Below are positions 11,940-25,705 of a DNA stretch of 64,000 nt, piece after piece. Position 1 is the stretch's first letter. Each line of letters begins with the position of its first letter. The notes beneath the pieces were generated by a model. That model did not search any database. It was given only the letters and a program-made list of their open reading frames with translations, and had not been told where the DNA came from. The DNA comes from Rhina ancylostomus (taxonomy: Eukaryota), in contig JARFYF010000056.1 of assembly GCA_030265395.1 (NCBI GenBank), positions 16,397,065 through 16,461,064 of the forward strand, given 5' to 3'. The translations under genes and the position numbers were made by a program.

Positions 11940-12415
11940 GATCAGTGTTAACAGTGATGAAATATTCTATTGTTATTTCCAATTGTTGGCATTTCCTCAG
12001 CAGATATTTGCAGTGTCAGTATTCCCAGTGCTGATACTCTCAGTGTTTGATTTACCAGTGCTGATATGCAATATATCATCATTTTTATTCCCAGTATTAA
12101 TATTGCCAGTGATAAAATTACCAGTGCTGATATTCCCAGTTAGTGTTTCCAGTGCTAACACTCCCAGTTTCAATGTTTCCGATACTGATATCCCTAGTTT
12201 CACTGTTTCTGGTGCTGACACTCCCAGTGATAGTATTTCCAGTGCTGACACTCCCAGTGTCTGTACCTGCAGTGGTGACACTCCCAGTGTCGGTGTTTCC
12301 AGTGGTGACACTCCCAGTGTCAGTGTTTCCAGTGGTGATACTCCCAGTCTCAGTGTCTGCAGCGGTGACACTCCCAGTGACGGTGCTTCCAGTGCCGGTA
12401 CTCACACTGATGATA
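11940..12415. repeat. 30-bp (2x15) minisatellite
   Basis: agtggtgacactcccagtgtcagtgtttcc units, homogeneous at 12240-12400 and degenerate leftwards. Confidence 0.85.
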
Positions 12416-12928
12416 TTCCCCATGGTCTTCGATCCTCTTTCAATGACTTAGTAATTGATACTTTGCTGCTTTTGTCCTGTTTGGGTTCCAGAAATCCATG
12501 AAAACAAACAGTTTGAATGAATTCAAATCTTGTGCAGGCTGCCTCCCATGATCGTTAAATTATACATGGGGCAGGTGAGAGGGGTTCGCACCTGGATTGT
12601 AATTTCAGCCGCCCCATCTTCCCACCCTCCACTAATCTCTGGTTTAGTATTTTCTCTCTGCCTCTTGTAAAATCAGTCACATTTAAACTACAACCAACTG
12701 TCACGCAGGCTGGGCAAAGATTAAATAAACAGAAAGAATATGAGAGGCTGCTGGAAAGTAAAAGCTAATGATATTTGGGAGCCCAGAGGGTTCCACCCCT
12801 CCACTATGCCACAAAATCTACCGTGCATCTTGGAATCAGCTGAGCATTCTGCCTGTGTCCACCAGCCTTTGAAACCTGCCTCAGTGGGGGAGCCCTCAGC
12901 CTCTGTCAGCAGCTCCTGCCCACGGCCC

Positions 12929-13311
12929 AAGGTAGCCAAACCTCCAGTCTGGAGTCTCCAGGGATCGAAGATTATTTCCCAGGACGCTGCTCTGAGCAAT
13001 ACATGAGAGAAAAACCATCCTAGAATTAGAACAACCCCATCTTTAAAAAATATATTAGAAATATTAAAGAGTTCTGAAGATTTTTGTTTATTGGTCATGA
13101 AAGTAATGGAAATGGGAAAAGGAAAGACCTTTCAACATACAATCAATAATCATCAATTTATGATGCAAAGAGGCAACTTTCCTTCTAATTGGCCATTGGA
13201 GGTCAAGCTGTGTGATGGACGCGTTAGGTGACCAATGACAGGGATATATTGGTGGAGCTGTTGGAGACGTGAAACCTTCAAGAATATGTCCAACCAGAGT
13301 TGGTAAATGTA
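12929..13311. mobile_element. Decayed MITE, hAT-Blackjack-like ends (AGGGTTGCCAAC type)
   Basis: Starts aggtagccaaacctccag..ggagtctccagg, ends ccagagttggtaaatgta; related pieces near 25970, 45240-45540, 50850, 52285, 55450, 62060. Confidence 0.4.
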
Positions 13312-13479
13312 CCCCTCCTGATAACCCCCTTGGGGTAGTTTGCTTTGTGAGAGGTATTAAATAAATGTGAGATAATTGTTGGAAAGATTCTGGCCTCCAG
13401 TCAAAGCAAGTTTGTTCATTGTCTAAACCCTCAGTGTATAAGTTCCCTTTATATAGTGGAGCTCGCTGTGTCAGCCTTT

Positions 13480-14030
13480 GATCAGAAGACATTCCAGAGA
13501 CTTGAGCACACAAACTAGCAAAAGCTTTATGAATATTACTGAAGACGTGTAGCAGTTGCAGTTCATAACCAGTAAGGAAATGTCTGCCTTTGCAGCTAGA
13601 TACTAAAGATTCCAAGGTGTATTTTGGAAAAGAGGGAGGTTCTCCTGGTGTCTTGGCCAACATTCATCCCCATCCCAGAGTCTTGAGCATGAAGATCTCA
13701 GCTAACACTGCAGTGGATTACTGTGGGAAGCCTTTACATTTGGGATAGTCTTTCAAAAGAGATATTAAGCCAATGCTCCACCATGCCCTCTCAGGTAGAA
13801 GCAAAAATAATCCCATGGCGCTAATTACAAGAGCAGAAGTGTTATCCCGGGTGTCTAAACCAACAGGGTTGAAAACAGATCATCTGGTCTTTGTCACACT
13901 GCTGTTTATTGGAGCTTGCTGCATGCTTCATACTTTGCACTTGTATCTACATTTAAAAAAAATAATTGGCTGTGAAGCACTTCAGGGCTATTTGAGGTTG
14001 TGAAAACATTGCAAGTCTATCTTTTTAATG
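13480..14030 (+). mobile_element. Two adjacent DeuSINE-like SINE copies
   Basis: gaagtgttatcccgggtgtc..acagatcatctggtctttgtcacactgctgtttattggagcttgctg..attggctgtgaagcacttcagg; further copies near 16975, 20970, 28560, 30330, 39680, 42920, 46770, 54270, 61410, 62500. Confidence 0.55.
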
Positions 14031-14959
14031 TTGAAACAGTGTTCTGAGATTTCAACACATCCTTTCTTCTGGTTTTAATGCTCAATTTCCACAGTGAGTT
14101 GCGATACCGCACAGCAGTTAATTTGCCTAACAAATCGTTTATCTCCTCATGTGTCAAAATTGCGCCTGAATTCACTCCTGTGAAGGGTTGTGGAATGTTT
14201 ACCTACATTAGTACTACATTAATGGAGACTTTCTCGTCTGTGATGGATGGCCAGTTGGGAATTGCTTTTATTTTCCACTTGTTCCTACGACTCTCTGCTT
14301 CCCTACAGACACCCGCCTTACAAAAGCAAATAACATCCACGTCTATCAACAACACTGGATAGATCAGCTGATCTCCCTATTGTCTGCTATTGTAGTCTCT
14401 TTGTGTACTTATTGTACTCATTTCTAAATGAGAAGCCCATTCATTTTAATTTGTTAAATATGTTTCTATTTTAGGGTTAAAAGTTGTTCTACCTCAGCCT
14501 GATGAAGTCATTTGTGTAAGTGGTTTGATGCAAGTTCCCTTAAGTTTAATGTAGATGGCATCTCAACTCACATCAGTAACTTGCTGTCCCTGCTCCCTGT
14601 TTAATGGGCTTGGTTGATTTGTAGGCTGCAATATAATTAACTAATCCAACAGAGAACTAAAATTGAAGCTGCCGATAGTGCGTTCATTTAACAACGTTCA
14701 CTTAAGAAAAGAGAGAAAAATTTATGGATTTAATGGATTGAGTGAGGTTGCAAAGACTGGGCACTGGGAGCGACCAAATGTAGGACTGATGCCTAAAAGT
14801 GTTCCCCAAGACCTTCATTCAACATAGTTAGTAACTGCACCTTGTTCACAGCTCAGGGAATCACAAGGGATCTTTCATGTTTAGAGTGAAGTGCTATATG
14901 TATGTGACTATTTGCAGAGTGTCCCTAGGAGTATGTTATTATCTACAGAGAGTCACTAG

Positions 14960-15990
14960 GAGTGTGTCATTATTTACAAAGGTCCCCAGCAATGTGTGTA
15001 TCGATAGTAATATACTGGTGTGGACTGAGGATTGGTTAATGTACAGAAAATAGAGAGTAAGTACAAACGGATCATTTTCAGGTTGGGGGGCTGTGACTGG
15101 CGGGATGCTGCAGGGATTGCCACTGGGACCCACTGTCCATAGCCTATATCAATGATTCGGATGAAGGGCTCAAGTGTAATATGTAGTATAAGTTATGAGG
15201 AGGAAGCAAAGAGGCTTCAAGGGGAACAGAGCGAATGAGTGAGGCTGTGGCAGATGAAGCATAATGTGGAAAAATGTGGGGTCATACTTTGGTGGAAAAA
15301 AGAGAAAAGCAGATCTAATTCTAAATGGTGAGAGATTGAAAGGTGTTAGTAATGGGAGGGATGTGGGTGTCCTTGTACACAAATCACTCAAAGTTAACAT
15401 GTCAGTGCAACAAGCAATTAGGAAGCAAATGGTATGTTGCAAGAGGTTGTGATTATAAGGGTCAGGGTGCCCTGGGCAAAGGCCATAAGTAAAGGGCCAT
15501 GGGGAAACTGCACCTGGTATATTGTGGACAGGTCTGGTCTCCTCACCCATGGATGGACGTATTTCCAATAGAGGGAAGAAAACAAAGGTTCACCTGATTG
15601 ATTCCTGGGTTGGGAAGGATTGTCCTCTGAACAGAGATTAAGCAGGTTTAACCTATATTCTGGAGAGTTTAAAAGAGTGAGAGGTGATCTTNNNNNNNNN
15701 NNNNNNNNNNNNNNNNNNNNNNNNNNNNNNNNNNNNNNNNNNNNNNNNNNNNNNNNNNNNNNNNNNNNNNNNNNNNNNNNNNNNNNNNNNNNNNNNNNNN
15801 NNNNNNNNNNNNNNNNNNNNNNNNNNNNNNNNNNNNNNNNNNNNNNNNNNNNNNNNNNNNNNNNNNNNNNNNNNNNNNNNNNNNNNNNNNNNNNNNNNNN
15901 NNNNNNNAAACGGCAAGTTTTCAAATGAGTCATAGAACATGGGTTTAGTACAGGAAGGTGGCAATGAGGTAAAAGATCAGATCAGGTTTA
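14960..15990 (+). mobile_element. CR1 LINE RT-to-3' fragment (contains gap)
   Basis: tatatcaatgattcggatga (YINDSD); ORF 15620 SSEQRLSRFNLYSGEFKRVRGDL. Confidence 0.75.
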
Positions 15991-16974
15991 GTTTCACCAT
16001 GGCTGGATCGGGTTTGGCCTGGGTCTTAATTTTATACCCGAGCAGATCTTTAGAGTGTCAGTATTTACAGGAGCCTCCTCCACCAACAATCCTCCAGCCC
16101 TGAGGTACTCAAATTTGACCCCAGAAAATGTGTAGCTATTTATAGGCTATACCAGGAAGCACATCAGTATTCACAAAGACTATCTCAGTAATTGTAGCGG
16201 GTCTCTTGGATTGTGCTGGAGTGTGTAGGGTTTCCTGGTTTACGCAGGTAGTTACACTATTTAACCGTCAGTGTATTGCACTCGTATCCAAGCCTGAAAT
16301 CAAGACTTCGCACCCCCTCCTCACCACCACCAACCAGTAGGTGGGAGTGAGCAGGAATGAAACTGCTGATTAGCCCAAGGAAACACTGAAGTCAATAACA
16401 ATTTCTAATACACTTTCTCAGTCACCTCAGCACAGACTTGAGAATCAAGCCACGAGACACAGCTGGCTGAGTTTTAATTTACAAAAGATATATGGATGAC
16501 ATGTGCCCGTGTTTTCAAATAGACAGGAAAATGAGAACTGTAGTCATCTACAGTGGATGATGTTTTATTACGCAGCGAACACCTTCACTGTCCAGATGAA
16601 TAGCTTCTCATATTAGCATTTATGTTAGCATTTATATGTTAGCATTTGTTATCATGTTAACATTTATATATTTAAATTCTTGATCAGTGTGGGGCCTATC
16701 AATGTGGAAAACTCCAAGCTCTCTGCGAAATGTTTGAAGACAGTGTGACATTGTGTATATTCCTCTCTCTCAGAGAGAGCTCTGGTTCTCTTCAAAGCAC
16801 AGTCTCCCAAAGGCTGGTTTCCTGTTTCCTACCAAACACTTTCCTTTAATAAGTTTTCAAAATATAAACCTGCTTTATTCCACAATGGAATCCTGGACAA
16901 TCTCTTCCTTTCACTAATTCCTGGCCCAGAAGGGCTGTTCCTCTCTCACCACCAGATTCTCTCTCATCCCATCT

Positions 16975-17360
16975 TCCAAGTTGGAAGTTCATGGGTTCAG
17001 CTCCCAATCCAGACTCTTGATCACAATCCCCAGGCTGAAAATCCAAGTGCAGTACAGAGAGTGTTCTGCTCTGTTGAAGGTGCCATTTTTCAACCTGCTC
17101 TTGACGCGTGAAAGATCCTTCAACGTTAAACTGACCAAGGACATGAGAGATCTCCCCATTGTCCAGAGGTTAATATTTAATCCCTCAACCACATCCACAA
17201 AGCAGGTAATCTGCCTGTTAACTTGAGTACAGCCAACTCCCACTGGAGTTAAGTCTCACAAATCTATGCTAACAACAGTATTCCAAAAGTACTTCACGGC
17301 TGTAAACTGCTTTGGGACATAATGAGATGTGCAAGATATTATGCAAGTTAAAATCTGTTG
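16975..17360 (+). mobile_element. Near full-length DeuSINE-like SINE
   Basis: tRNA-like head gggttcagctccca, then gtgcagtacagagagtgttctgctctgttgaaggtgcc..aaagatcc..aatatttaatccctcaacc..aaaagtacttcacggctgtaaactgctttgggac. Confidence 0.6.
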
Positions 17361-18589
17361 TTATGGAAGTAACAGTTAATGACTACATACATTTTCCATT
17401 AAATCTTCCTTGTGGCAAATTTTAAAACTCTGCAGTGAAGTAAATGTGCACAGTTTAATTTTTGTACAATAACACCTAAGAAGACTTTTCTCTTCCCAGA
17501 CTATGAAACTCACACCACAAGTTTAAATTTGGAAAATACCTTAGATTGCCAACTAGCTCCCCACATTAATTAACACAAGGGGGAAGGAGTGTGAAATTTG
17601 ACAGATACATTCCTTATTCCACCACACAAAGCAAAATGTCCTGCAGTTCCATAGGTAACTGCTGAAGGACCCTCAGGCAGTCCCTCAGAAACAAGGATAA
17701 TTTACTTCCATTCCAATTCTGTGGGCTCTAAGGTCAACACGGGAGCCACAGATTTTGTAACCTGAGCAGGAGATGCTTGGTGGAGCAGGTGGGCTGTTTA
17801 GGAGATGGTGCTCTGCCGCCACCTTTTATGCTAGACTTTTGTGTGCTCCCAACACATGGAGTTGACATCCTGAATGCCACTTGTCTACTTGGTTTGATTG
17901 TCCTGCCAATAGATTTAGAGAATTTTGCAGAGACAGCGTTGGTTGTATCTCTATAGTACTTTGAGGTGCCTCCTGTGGATAATCTAAGTCTAGTAGGGCA
18001 GGGATCACTGCTGACCAGTAGACCATGACTTCTGGACTATGAGGTGATAACCTTCAAACAGTCTTTTCCTCAGACCACAAAGGTTATGCTGGTGCACTCA
18101 GGGTGTTGGAGAACTTTGTTGTTGCTGTCTGCCTTCACCGAGAGATGGTTCCTGAGATATGATAAATAATTATTAAAGCACTGTATCAAAATGGTATACA
18201 TGTATAGCAAGAACTGTGTGAATTAAGCAATATAGTTATGAACCATTGCTTAGATGTTGGCTAGAGCTGTCTACCCATCCTGGCACCACACCTGGGTTGT
18301 AAGTCATGAGGGAGTCTGAAGAGAAGATTTATGGGAGTGATACCATGGCTGAGAAATCTTGAGATCAGAGAAGGTTAAAGGAAGATTTAATAGAGACAAA
18401 TTTATCAGAGACTTTATAAAGAAGTTAGGATTTAGAAACAGGCAGAAAGGTCAGTAACATGATGACACAGATTAAATCTTATGGGGAAAAAGATCCAGAG
18501 GAGATTTGTCTTATCTACCCACTGACTTGTTAAGATCTGGAAAGGGCAATGCAGTAGATTCATTATAATTTTCAATAGAGAAATGGGTT

Positions 18590-18930
18590 GCATGGTGATA
18601 TAGCAGTCAGCACTGGTACCTCAGAGCTCCAGGGAGCTGGGTTCGATCATGACCTTGGGTACTGTCAGTGTGGAGTTTGCATGTGTTCCATGTGACCTCA
18701 TAGTTTTCTTCCCATGTCACAAAAGATGTGCTGGTAGGTTAGTTAGCTACTGTAAATTACTCCTTGGTGCAGCTAATTGAAAAAAGAATCAAGTTGATGG
18801 CCATGAGTCACAGGGATTATGTTGATGGACTACAAGGAAATACATAAAAAGGCTGTGGAATGGATGGGATTGCTCTGCTAGGAGCTGGCATGGACCCGAT
18901 GGGCTGAATGACCTCCTTCAGTGCTGTAAT
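18590..18930 (+). mobile_element. V-SINE/HE1-like SINE, preceded by a CR1 3' fragment (~18230-18590)
   Basis: B-box gggttcgatc, V-domain ctgtcagtgtggagtttgcatgtgttcc, CR1-like tail gatgggctgaatgacctccttc. Confidence 0.7.
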
Positions 18931-21900
18931 AAGTGTAAATACTTTTGCAGAACCACAGGGGAAGAAGAGGAGCACTGGAGATAATTGGACAGCTGTACAA
19001 GAACCATACATTCTATGCAGTATGGTTCTTGATTTTATGAATTAAGAGTTATCAATTGGAGCGGTCCTATGAATAATTGAAGTGTTATTAAAAATTAATT
19101 CCCAGGTTGTATGCATCATTGGCAAGGCTGACAGACTTTAGCCATCACTTTTCATTCTTGAGGTTATTGCTGGGCCTTTGTAAGAAAGCCCATGTACATG
19201 CTGGATTAGGAGGGTTTTTTAAATTTCTAACACAATTGTGGATTTTTACTGTGGCTAGACATACTATGAACCAAAACGTGAAGTGTCAGAGAACAACTTA
19301 GCTCACTGTAGTGTAGGCTTCTGCTGAAAGCTTAACCCGTCTGAGCAGAGGTAGTCAGAAATTGTGAAGTGAGATGAGCCAGGAACAAATGACGGAGAGC
19401 AACATAGTGAACTCAGTGACCAGTTTCATTTTGTGATGATAAACGAGTCAGCATCTGGTGTTTTGTAGGAACTACCTCATTACAGGGATGCTTTGTACAG
19501 GATAACTATATCAGGACATAATGAATCATCTTGGATACTATGTGCATGGCTGGAGACCTATAAACATTTTAAGCTTCCCTTCGTGATTTATAGAGATGAA
19601 TAACAAAAGGCTCAATAAGGCTTACAACAACACCGAGACACAAACTACTGTAACTGTACATCTATTGCTCAGAGACAATGGATGAATCAACAACTTGTTG
19701 AACACAAAAAGTTGCCAATCCTTTTTAGTTGTGCGGTTGGAATTCTCTTCTGCCTCATTCAGGAATGCTGCAATCAGTGTGGTGAAGAAACAAATGCAGT
19801 TGTGTTGGAGAGGGAATTCCAGGATTTTGACCCAATGACAATTGGTCAATGCATATCCAAACAGGAATCATGTGTAAGTTGGGGGAAACCAGACTGGAGG
19901 TGATGGTGTTGGTACATCAGCCTTTGTACAAAGCCTTTGTACTTTTTAAGTGAAGGAAATCTTTGGTGTGGTTTGAGAGAGGTTAGTTTACACTGAAATT
20001 GCTTTACCTTCAAATCTGCTCCACAGTCTTGGGTGACCTCCAACTAGCCAGCTTGGTGATACTTGCATCGGTACAGCCACCACACAGATTTACATGAATG
20101 ACAGAGGAGTTGTGATGTACTAGATCCATGGCAGAAGCCATCAGCTGACCAAGGTAACATTAGTGTTCAGCTCCTAACAGAATGGCCTGAGGGTCCAGAG
20201 GAGCAAGAACATCTTCTCCTAAACCGCCCCCCCCCCCCGAGCCTCACTAATCATGGCCTCCTGCACAGCAGGTCTTACTAGGACCCCCTGTAAAGCCTTC
20301 TTCCCACATATCCTGCCCACAGATGNNNNNNNNNNNNNNNNNNNNNNNNNNNNNNNNNNNNNNNNNNNNNNNNNNNNNNNNNNNNNNNNNNNNNNNNNNN
20401 NNNNNNNNNNNNNNNNNNNNNNNNNCCCACAGATGCTCCTGCCAGTTGCCATGTTCCTACTCTCAGCTTCCAGTCAGGCAGGCAGAGGACCAGCCAAGAA
20501 TTCTTCAAACAAGGTCCTGATGTCATAATGATAGGAGACCTCCAGCTTCCCTGTTCCCTTCTCACTTCCCTGGTAAAATCAGGGCCAATGAAAGTGGGAC
20601 ACCAAAGGCAGGCAATGTAGTTTCAGCCTGCTGGCTCTGTCTAGTAAACAGTAAGTAAATCGTCAACCACAGTCTTCTGGGATGTGTACTTACTAACCTT
20701 TCTGATGAAGAACAATGGCAGGAGGGAGAAAGTTGGCTGAAGTGGACCTTTTATCAAATTTACAATTCAAGTCACACTCAGTCACTGTCTGTACAAGTGG
20801 TGACTTCTCAACATCACCCACCAGTCAGAAGGAAGAGAAAGATGGTCATGGCTGTAAACTATTCATGCAGTCATCCACCACCATTAAAGATTTAGAAGAC
20901 AGCATGTGTGTGTTCTGAAAAAATCCTCTGCTAAAAATAAATTTCGGCATCTTAAAAAAAGACTCACATGTATATGTGACCTCAGAATGTCCCAAAGCAC
21001 TTTACAGTCAGTGAAGTACTTTTTTGAAATGTGGTCACCTTTGTAATGTAGGAAAGGTAGTAGCCAATATTTGTACAGCAAGCTCCCACTAACAATAATG
21101 TCAAAATTCCTCAGCATAGAAGGAGAGAACAAAGATAACACATTAGTGAAGATTTTGGTGTGTTTGAGTCTCTCCCACACCTACCTTAGGAAGGGAGCTG
21201 CCAATGTTGGAGCTGACCAATGGAAGGCACTGCACTCCTGGGCTGATGGCTCTTCTGGCCTGCCTGCCCTCGCTGTGGGGAAATGCTTTACCCTGCTCCA
21301 GGCCTATGCTGAGGCAATTGAAATCAACCAGTACCCATGTGGACGACTTGGTAACTCTGCCTGGATGATTTGTGAGAGCTTTTGTTACATGACTTCCTGC
21401 TCCAGCCACTGGTCAGCCGACACGTCTATTCTCATAAAGTACCAGTCAGAAAGTGACCAGAACCATTATCTGATGATTCTTGAGTCAAACAAACTTTATA
21501 TTCTCTTCAACGTATTTCTCATTATTACTTTGTCTGATTTAACTATCAGAGGAAACTCCAGGCCAACCTTGATAGTTAACAACCTTACCAAAGGTGCAGC
21601 AAACCCAGGTCTTTGTTGTACCCTGATGGGGCCTCCACATGCTGCCCAGAGGCCCCTCAAACTTAACATGTTCTTTGATTATCTGAGGCATGAGTTGGAG
21701 CAAGTTAGAGCTGGAGATTTGGGGCTGAGGACAGAGCCATCCTCTGCAGTTCTTTTTCTTCAGTAATGCAGTGGTTGGTAATTTCACTCTTTGTAGGTTA
21801 AGTAAACGTGACAGGAATCCATTTTGCATCTACAAATTTCCAAAAATTGTTCAGCAGTTTGATGAAAGCAATATGAGAGTGTTTGTCACTTTTCTCAATT

Positions 21901-22044
21901 TCTGAAACAACAGAGACCTCAATCGCTCAGCCTTGCATTGTATATTATGTCTTTGGAGAATTCAGATAGACAAGCATGCTCGGAATCTGGAAGAACCCAA
22001 CATCTGAACTGAATTGCAGTTTAAATTGTGAGAGGTTAGTCTTA

Positions 22045-22376
22045 GAATCATAGAAAGTACAGCACAGTACAGGCCCTTCGGCCCACAATGTGCCTACCTT
22101 TAAACCTCGCCTAAGACTATCTAACCCCTTCCCCCCAACATATCCCTCTATTTTAAATTCCTCTATATGCCTATCTAGCAATCTCTTGAATTTGACCAAT
22201 GTACCTGCCTCCACCACCACCCCAGGCAGTGCACTCCATGCCCCAACCACTCTCTGGGAACAAAACCTCCCTCTGATATCTCCCTTGAACTTCCCACCCA
22301 TTACTTTAAAGCTATGCCCTCTTGAATTGAGCATTGGTGCCCTGGGAGAGAGGCACTGGCTGTCCACTCTGTCTGT
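22045..22376 (-). mobile_element. Relatively young CR1 3' end
   Basis: ORF 21945-22367 SRGHSFKVMGGKFKGDIRGRFCSQRVVGAWSALPGVVVEAGTLVKFKRLLDRH, open over the CR1 C-terminus; tail gggccgaagggcctgtactgtgctg. Confidence 0.85.
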
Positions 22377-22974
22377 GGGAGTGGGTGGAGGGGAGGCTTG
22401 TGCTCATTAAATCAATGCGTAAAAATCACTGAAGAAGGTGGATGAGGTTATAATGCAGAGCTGCTTCGAACACTGTACACAATTGTAATCCACCAGGAAC
22501 TTCCCTAGTTCTGCAGTGCAAGCCATGTATTCAGGACAGGTCTGCAAAGGGTCTCACTGTAATACACAAAGGAAAATCAGAATGTGCGAAGTCCACGCAG
22601 ATGGCACCCAAGATCAGATTGAACCTGGGTCTCTGGTGCTGTGAGGAAGTGGCATCACCAGCTGCGTCACTGGGCTGTCCCAAGAGGAGGGCATGTAAAG
22701 GGGGCAGTATCCCATCCTGAAAAATATGGTCACTTGATTATAGAAAGCCACATCTGAAGGAGAATCTTACAGCACAGGAGCTGGACCATCACTGGTTGAT
22801 CCTGGTTGCATCACCACCTGGTATGGAGGCTGCAAAGCATTGTAGACTCATCCAGCTCCATCACGGACATCTTCAAGAGGCAGGAAGGCAGGATCCATCG
22901 TTTAAGAACCCTCACCACCTGGGACATGCCCTCTTTGCATTACTACCATTGAGGAGGAGGTACAGGAGCCTGAT

Positions 22975-23310
22975 TTTAAGAAGGAATTTTGAGGAGAGAG
23001 TTGAAAGTGGAGAGATTTAGGGAGGGAATTCCATGACTCAGCTGAGGCATGGCTGCCAGTGGTGGGATGAGAAAATTCAGGGATGTGCAAGAATCCAGAA
23101 TTGGAAGAGTGCAGAGATCTTAAAGGATCGGGCAAAAGTTTACAGATACAGGGAAGGCCAAATGCTGGAAGGCTTTGAGCAGGTGAATAAGAACCCAAAG
23201 CATTCCCAGTCCAGTGGGAACATAGGTCTGTATCTGCAGGAGTGGCAGTAAACTAGTCTTGGTCATATTAAGGGCAGCAGAGTTTCAGAGTAGCTCATGT
23301 TTGTGGTGAG
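22975..23310 (-). mobile_element. L2-like LINE 3' fragment
   Basis: gatttagggagggaattcc (WNSLPK on minus; ORF 22902-23198); similar pieces near 37730-38110, 50265-50430, 57900-58170, 63620-63970. Confidence 0.5.
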
Positions 23311-24399
23311 TGGGAATTGCTTGAAGATAATTTTAACAGCACTTTAACTGACCATTGGGCTGCTTTGTGGAGTGTTTCCACCAGGCACTGGCTGATTTGC
23401 CTGTTTTTTTTTATCCAGTGTTTTGTTTTGATCACATTGTACAACTATAACGGTAATCAATGTAAGCTGCAATTTACTGTTAGGACAAGGGAGGCAATTA
23501 TGTTCCATAATAAACTGTTTCAAAAATAGTTTGAGATCTTTTATTTTGTAAACCATCTTGGTGCAAAGGCAGCCTTAGACTTTTCTAACACTTGTACAAT
23601 AAACTCTTGTGTAGATTGCTTGAACCTTGATTAGCAGACTGAATATTCTGAGGTGAAATGGTTTCCACACAAAAAGCTCTGAAACTGAAGCCTCAGTTTG
23701 TGAGATTCAGCATTTATTATCCTGAGGCATGGCAGTANNNNNNNNNNTTTTCTTGCCCCGCTGTGGCTGTGTGGTTAAAGCAGCTCCGTGATGCTGCTGG
23801 GCAGGGACTACTAGGACTCTGATCCATTGGCAATGAATGAATAGTGATATATTTCCAAGTTGGGATGGTGTGTGGCTTGTGGAGAATCCTAAAAGTGACG
23901 GTATTCCCATGTAGCTGAATGTAGAGAATGGCAGGGAACTGGTTTTACTTAATTGGGTGAAAGATCGAACATAGCTCCATCTGCAATCTGAGGTCACTAT
24001 TTTGAATGGCTGCAGTGAGTTATTCCCTAAAAACAATTTCTGTATTGCAATTTGTGGGAGTTTGCTGTGGAAAAATGGCTGCTGTGTCTCCTACATTGCC
24101 CTGGTGAATCCACTTCAGAAATTACCTGTTCTGTGAAGTGCCCCAGGCCACGCTGAGGTGGGGGACAGTGCTTCAGAAATGCAAGTTCTTTCTTTCTTTA
24201 GAAGCAGGAAGTTCTCCTTGTGTCCTTACCTTAACCACCAACACCATCAGAGGCAGACCAACTTGTGATTCAGATTACTGCTAGTGGACTCTGCTCGGAC
24301 AGTGGCAGTAAACTGTTCTTAAAGGCAATTCCTTGGCACGCACTTGAGAACTTTCTGAGGCACATAATAAGTTGTGATACAACTGCATAAACTAGAATG

Positions 24400-25318
24400 C
24401 AACCAAAGCTTTATATCAAAATAATCAACCCAATATCATTACAGAATACAAATGCATTTAATACATTAAGATTATAAACAAAACCAATCATGCTTATTCC
24501 AAGGAGTTACATCATTCCAGTCCTTTCACAAATCCCAGTCACACTTGTGCCACTGAAGTGCATCCCCCCTGCCCCATTCAGTAAGATTAAGTGGCAGCGA
24601 ACCGCATTAATACATCTCATTCACACCATTTTATGGCTTTTGGATCACAGCTGGCTTGTGACGTTCAGTGGGCTGGATCCAGCTGTCTTGGTGTGGCCAC
24701 TGGTTTGGGAGCAGTTGTTCTATGGGAAGCCAACATCAATACTTTGAACTCAAGCCCAAGTACTACATATGATTTTAAATCCATGATGAGTATTTATTTA
24801 TTCATTTACTTGCAAGTTACTGGGCGATAACGTACCATGTTGACAGTAAGAGATGGCAAAAACAGCTAGTTTTTGAAGTCAGTGGGAAATGATAGCATCC
24901 TTCCCACATTTCTACTAGTTGAATGTTCCATCATTTCTTATTAAACAGACTCTGACATCCTTCATTGGTATTAGAAGTCTCATTCATTGTCTATTGATAA
25001 GTTGAAGGTTATGTGATATTGGCAGCCAATGCAAAGCCCCCACCACCCACCCACCCCCACAACCCAGCTAACCTTCATAACAAGCAAATCTTTTGAAATT
25101 TCAAATGCAATTTTCAAAAGTTCTATCTTCTAAAGAATCTAAAAGGCAGAAATGTCTTTCACATTTCCAAAAACGAATTAACGACGGGCTGTATGAGGCA
25201 CATTCTAGTTCCACCATTTCACCAATGGGGGTACCTGTGTCCTCCCCACCCTGCATCCCACTTCCACCGCCCCCATACCCGTCTCTTATCTGCTTCATCC
25301 TTGCAGCTCCAATGTTTG
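24400..25318 (-). other. Putative PLPP7 3' UTR
   Basis: Repeat-free sequence after the stop; minus-strand AATAAA at 24793-24802 (two overlapping) and ATTAAA near 24457; true end unknown. Confidence 0.4.

Positions 25319-25705
<387 letters not shown>

Noticed and set aside
16550-16620. Possible C/D snoRNA (atgatg.. segment)
   Set aside because: C box imperfect (ATGATGT), no terminal CTGA with closing stem
18590-18660. tRNA-like A/B boxes
   Set aside because: SINE head; no cloverleaf, continues into the V-domain
21071-21766. Longest ORF in the window (231 aa, +)
   Set aside because: Starts at a non-ATG codon inside a SINE, runs through LINE-like decay, and shows no recognisable domain
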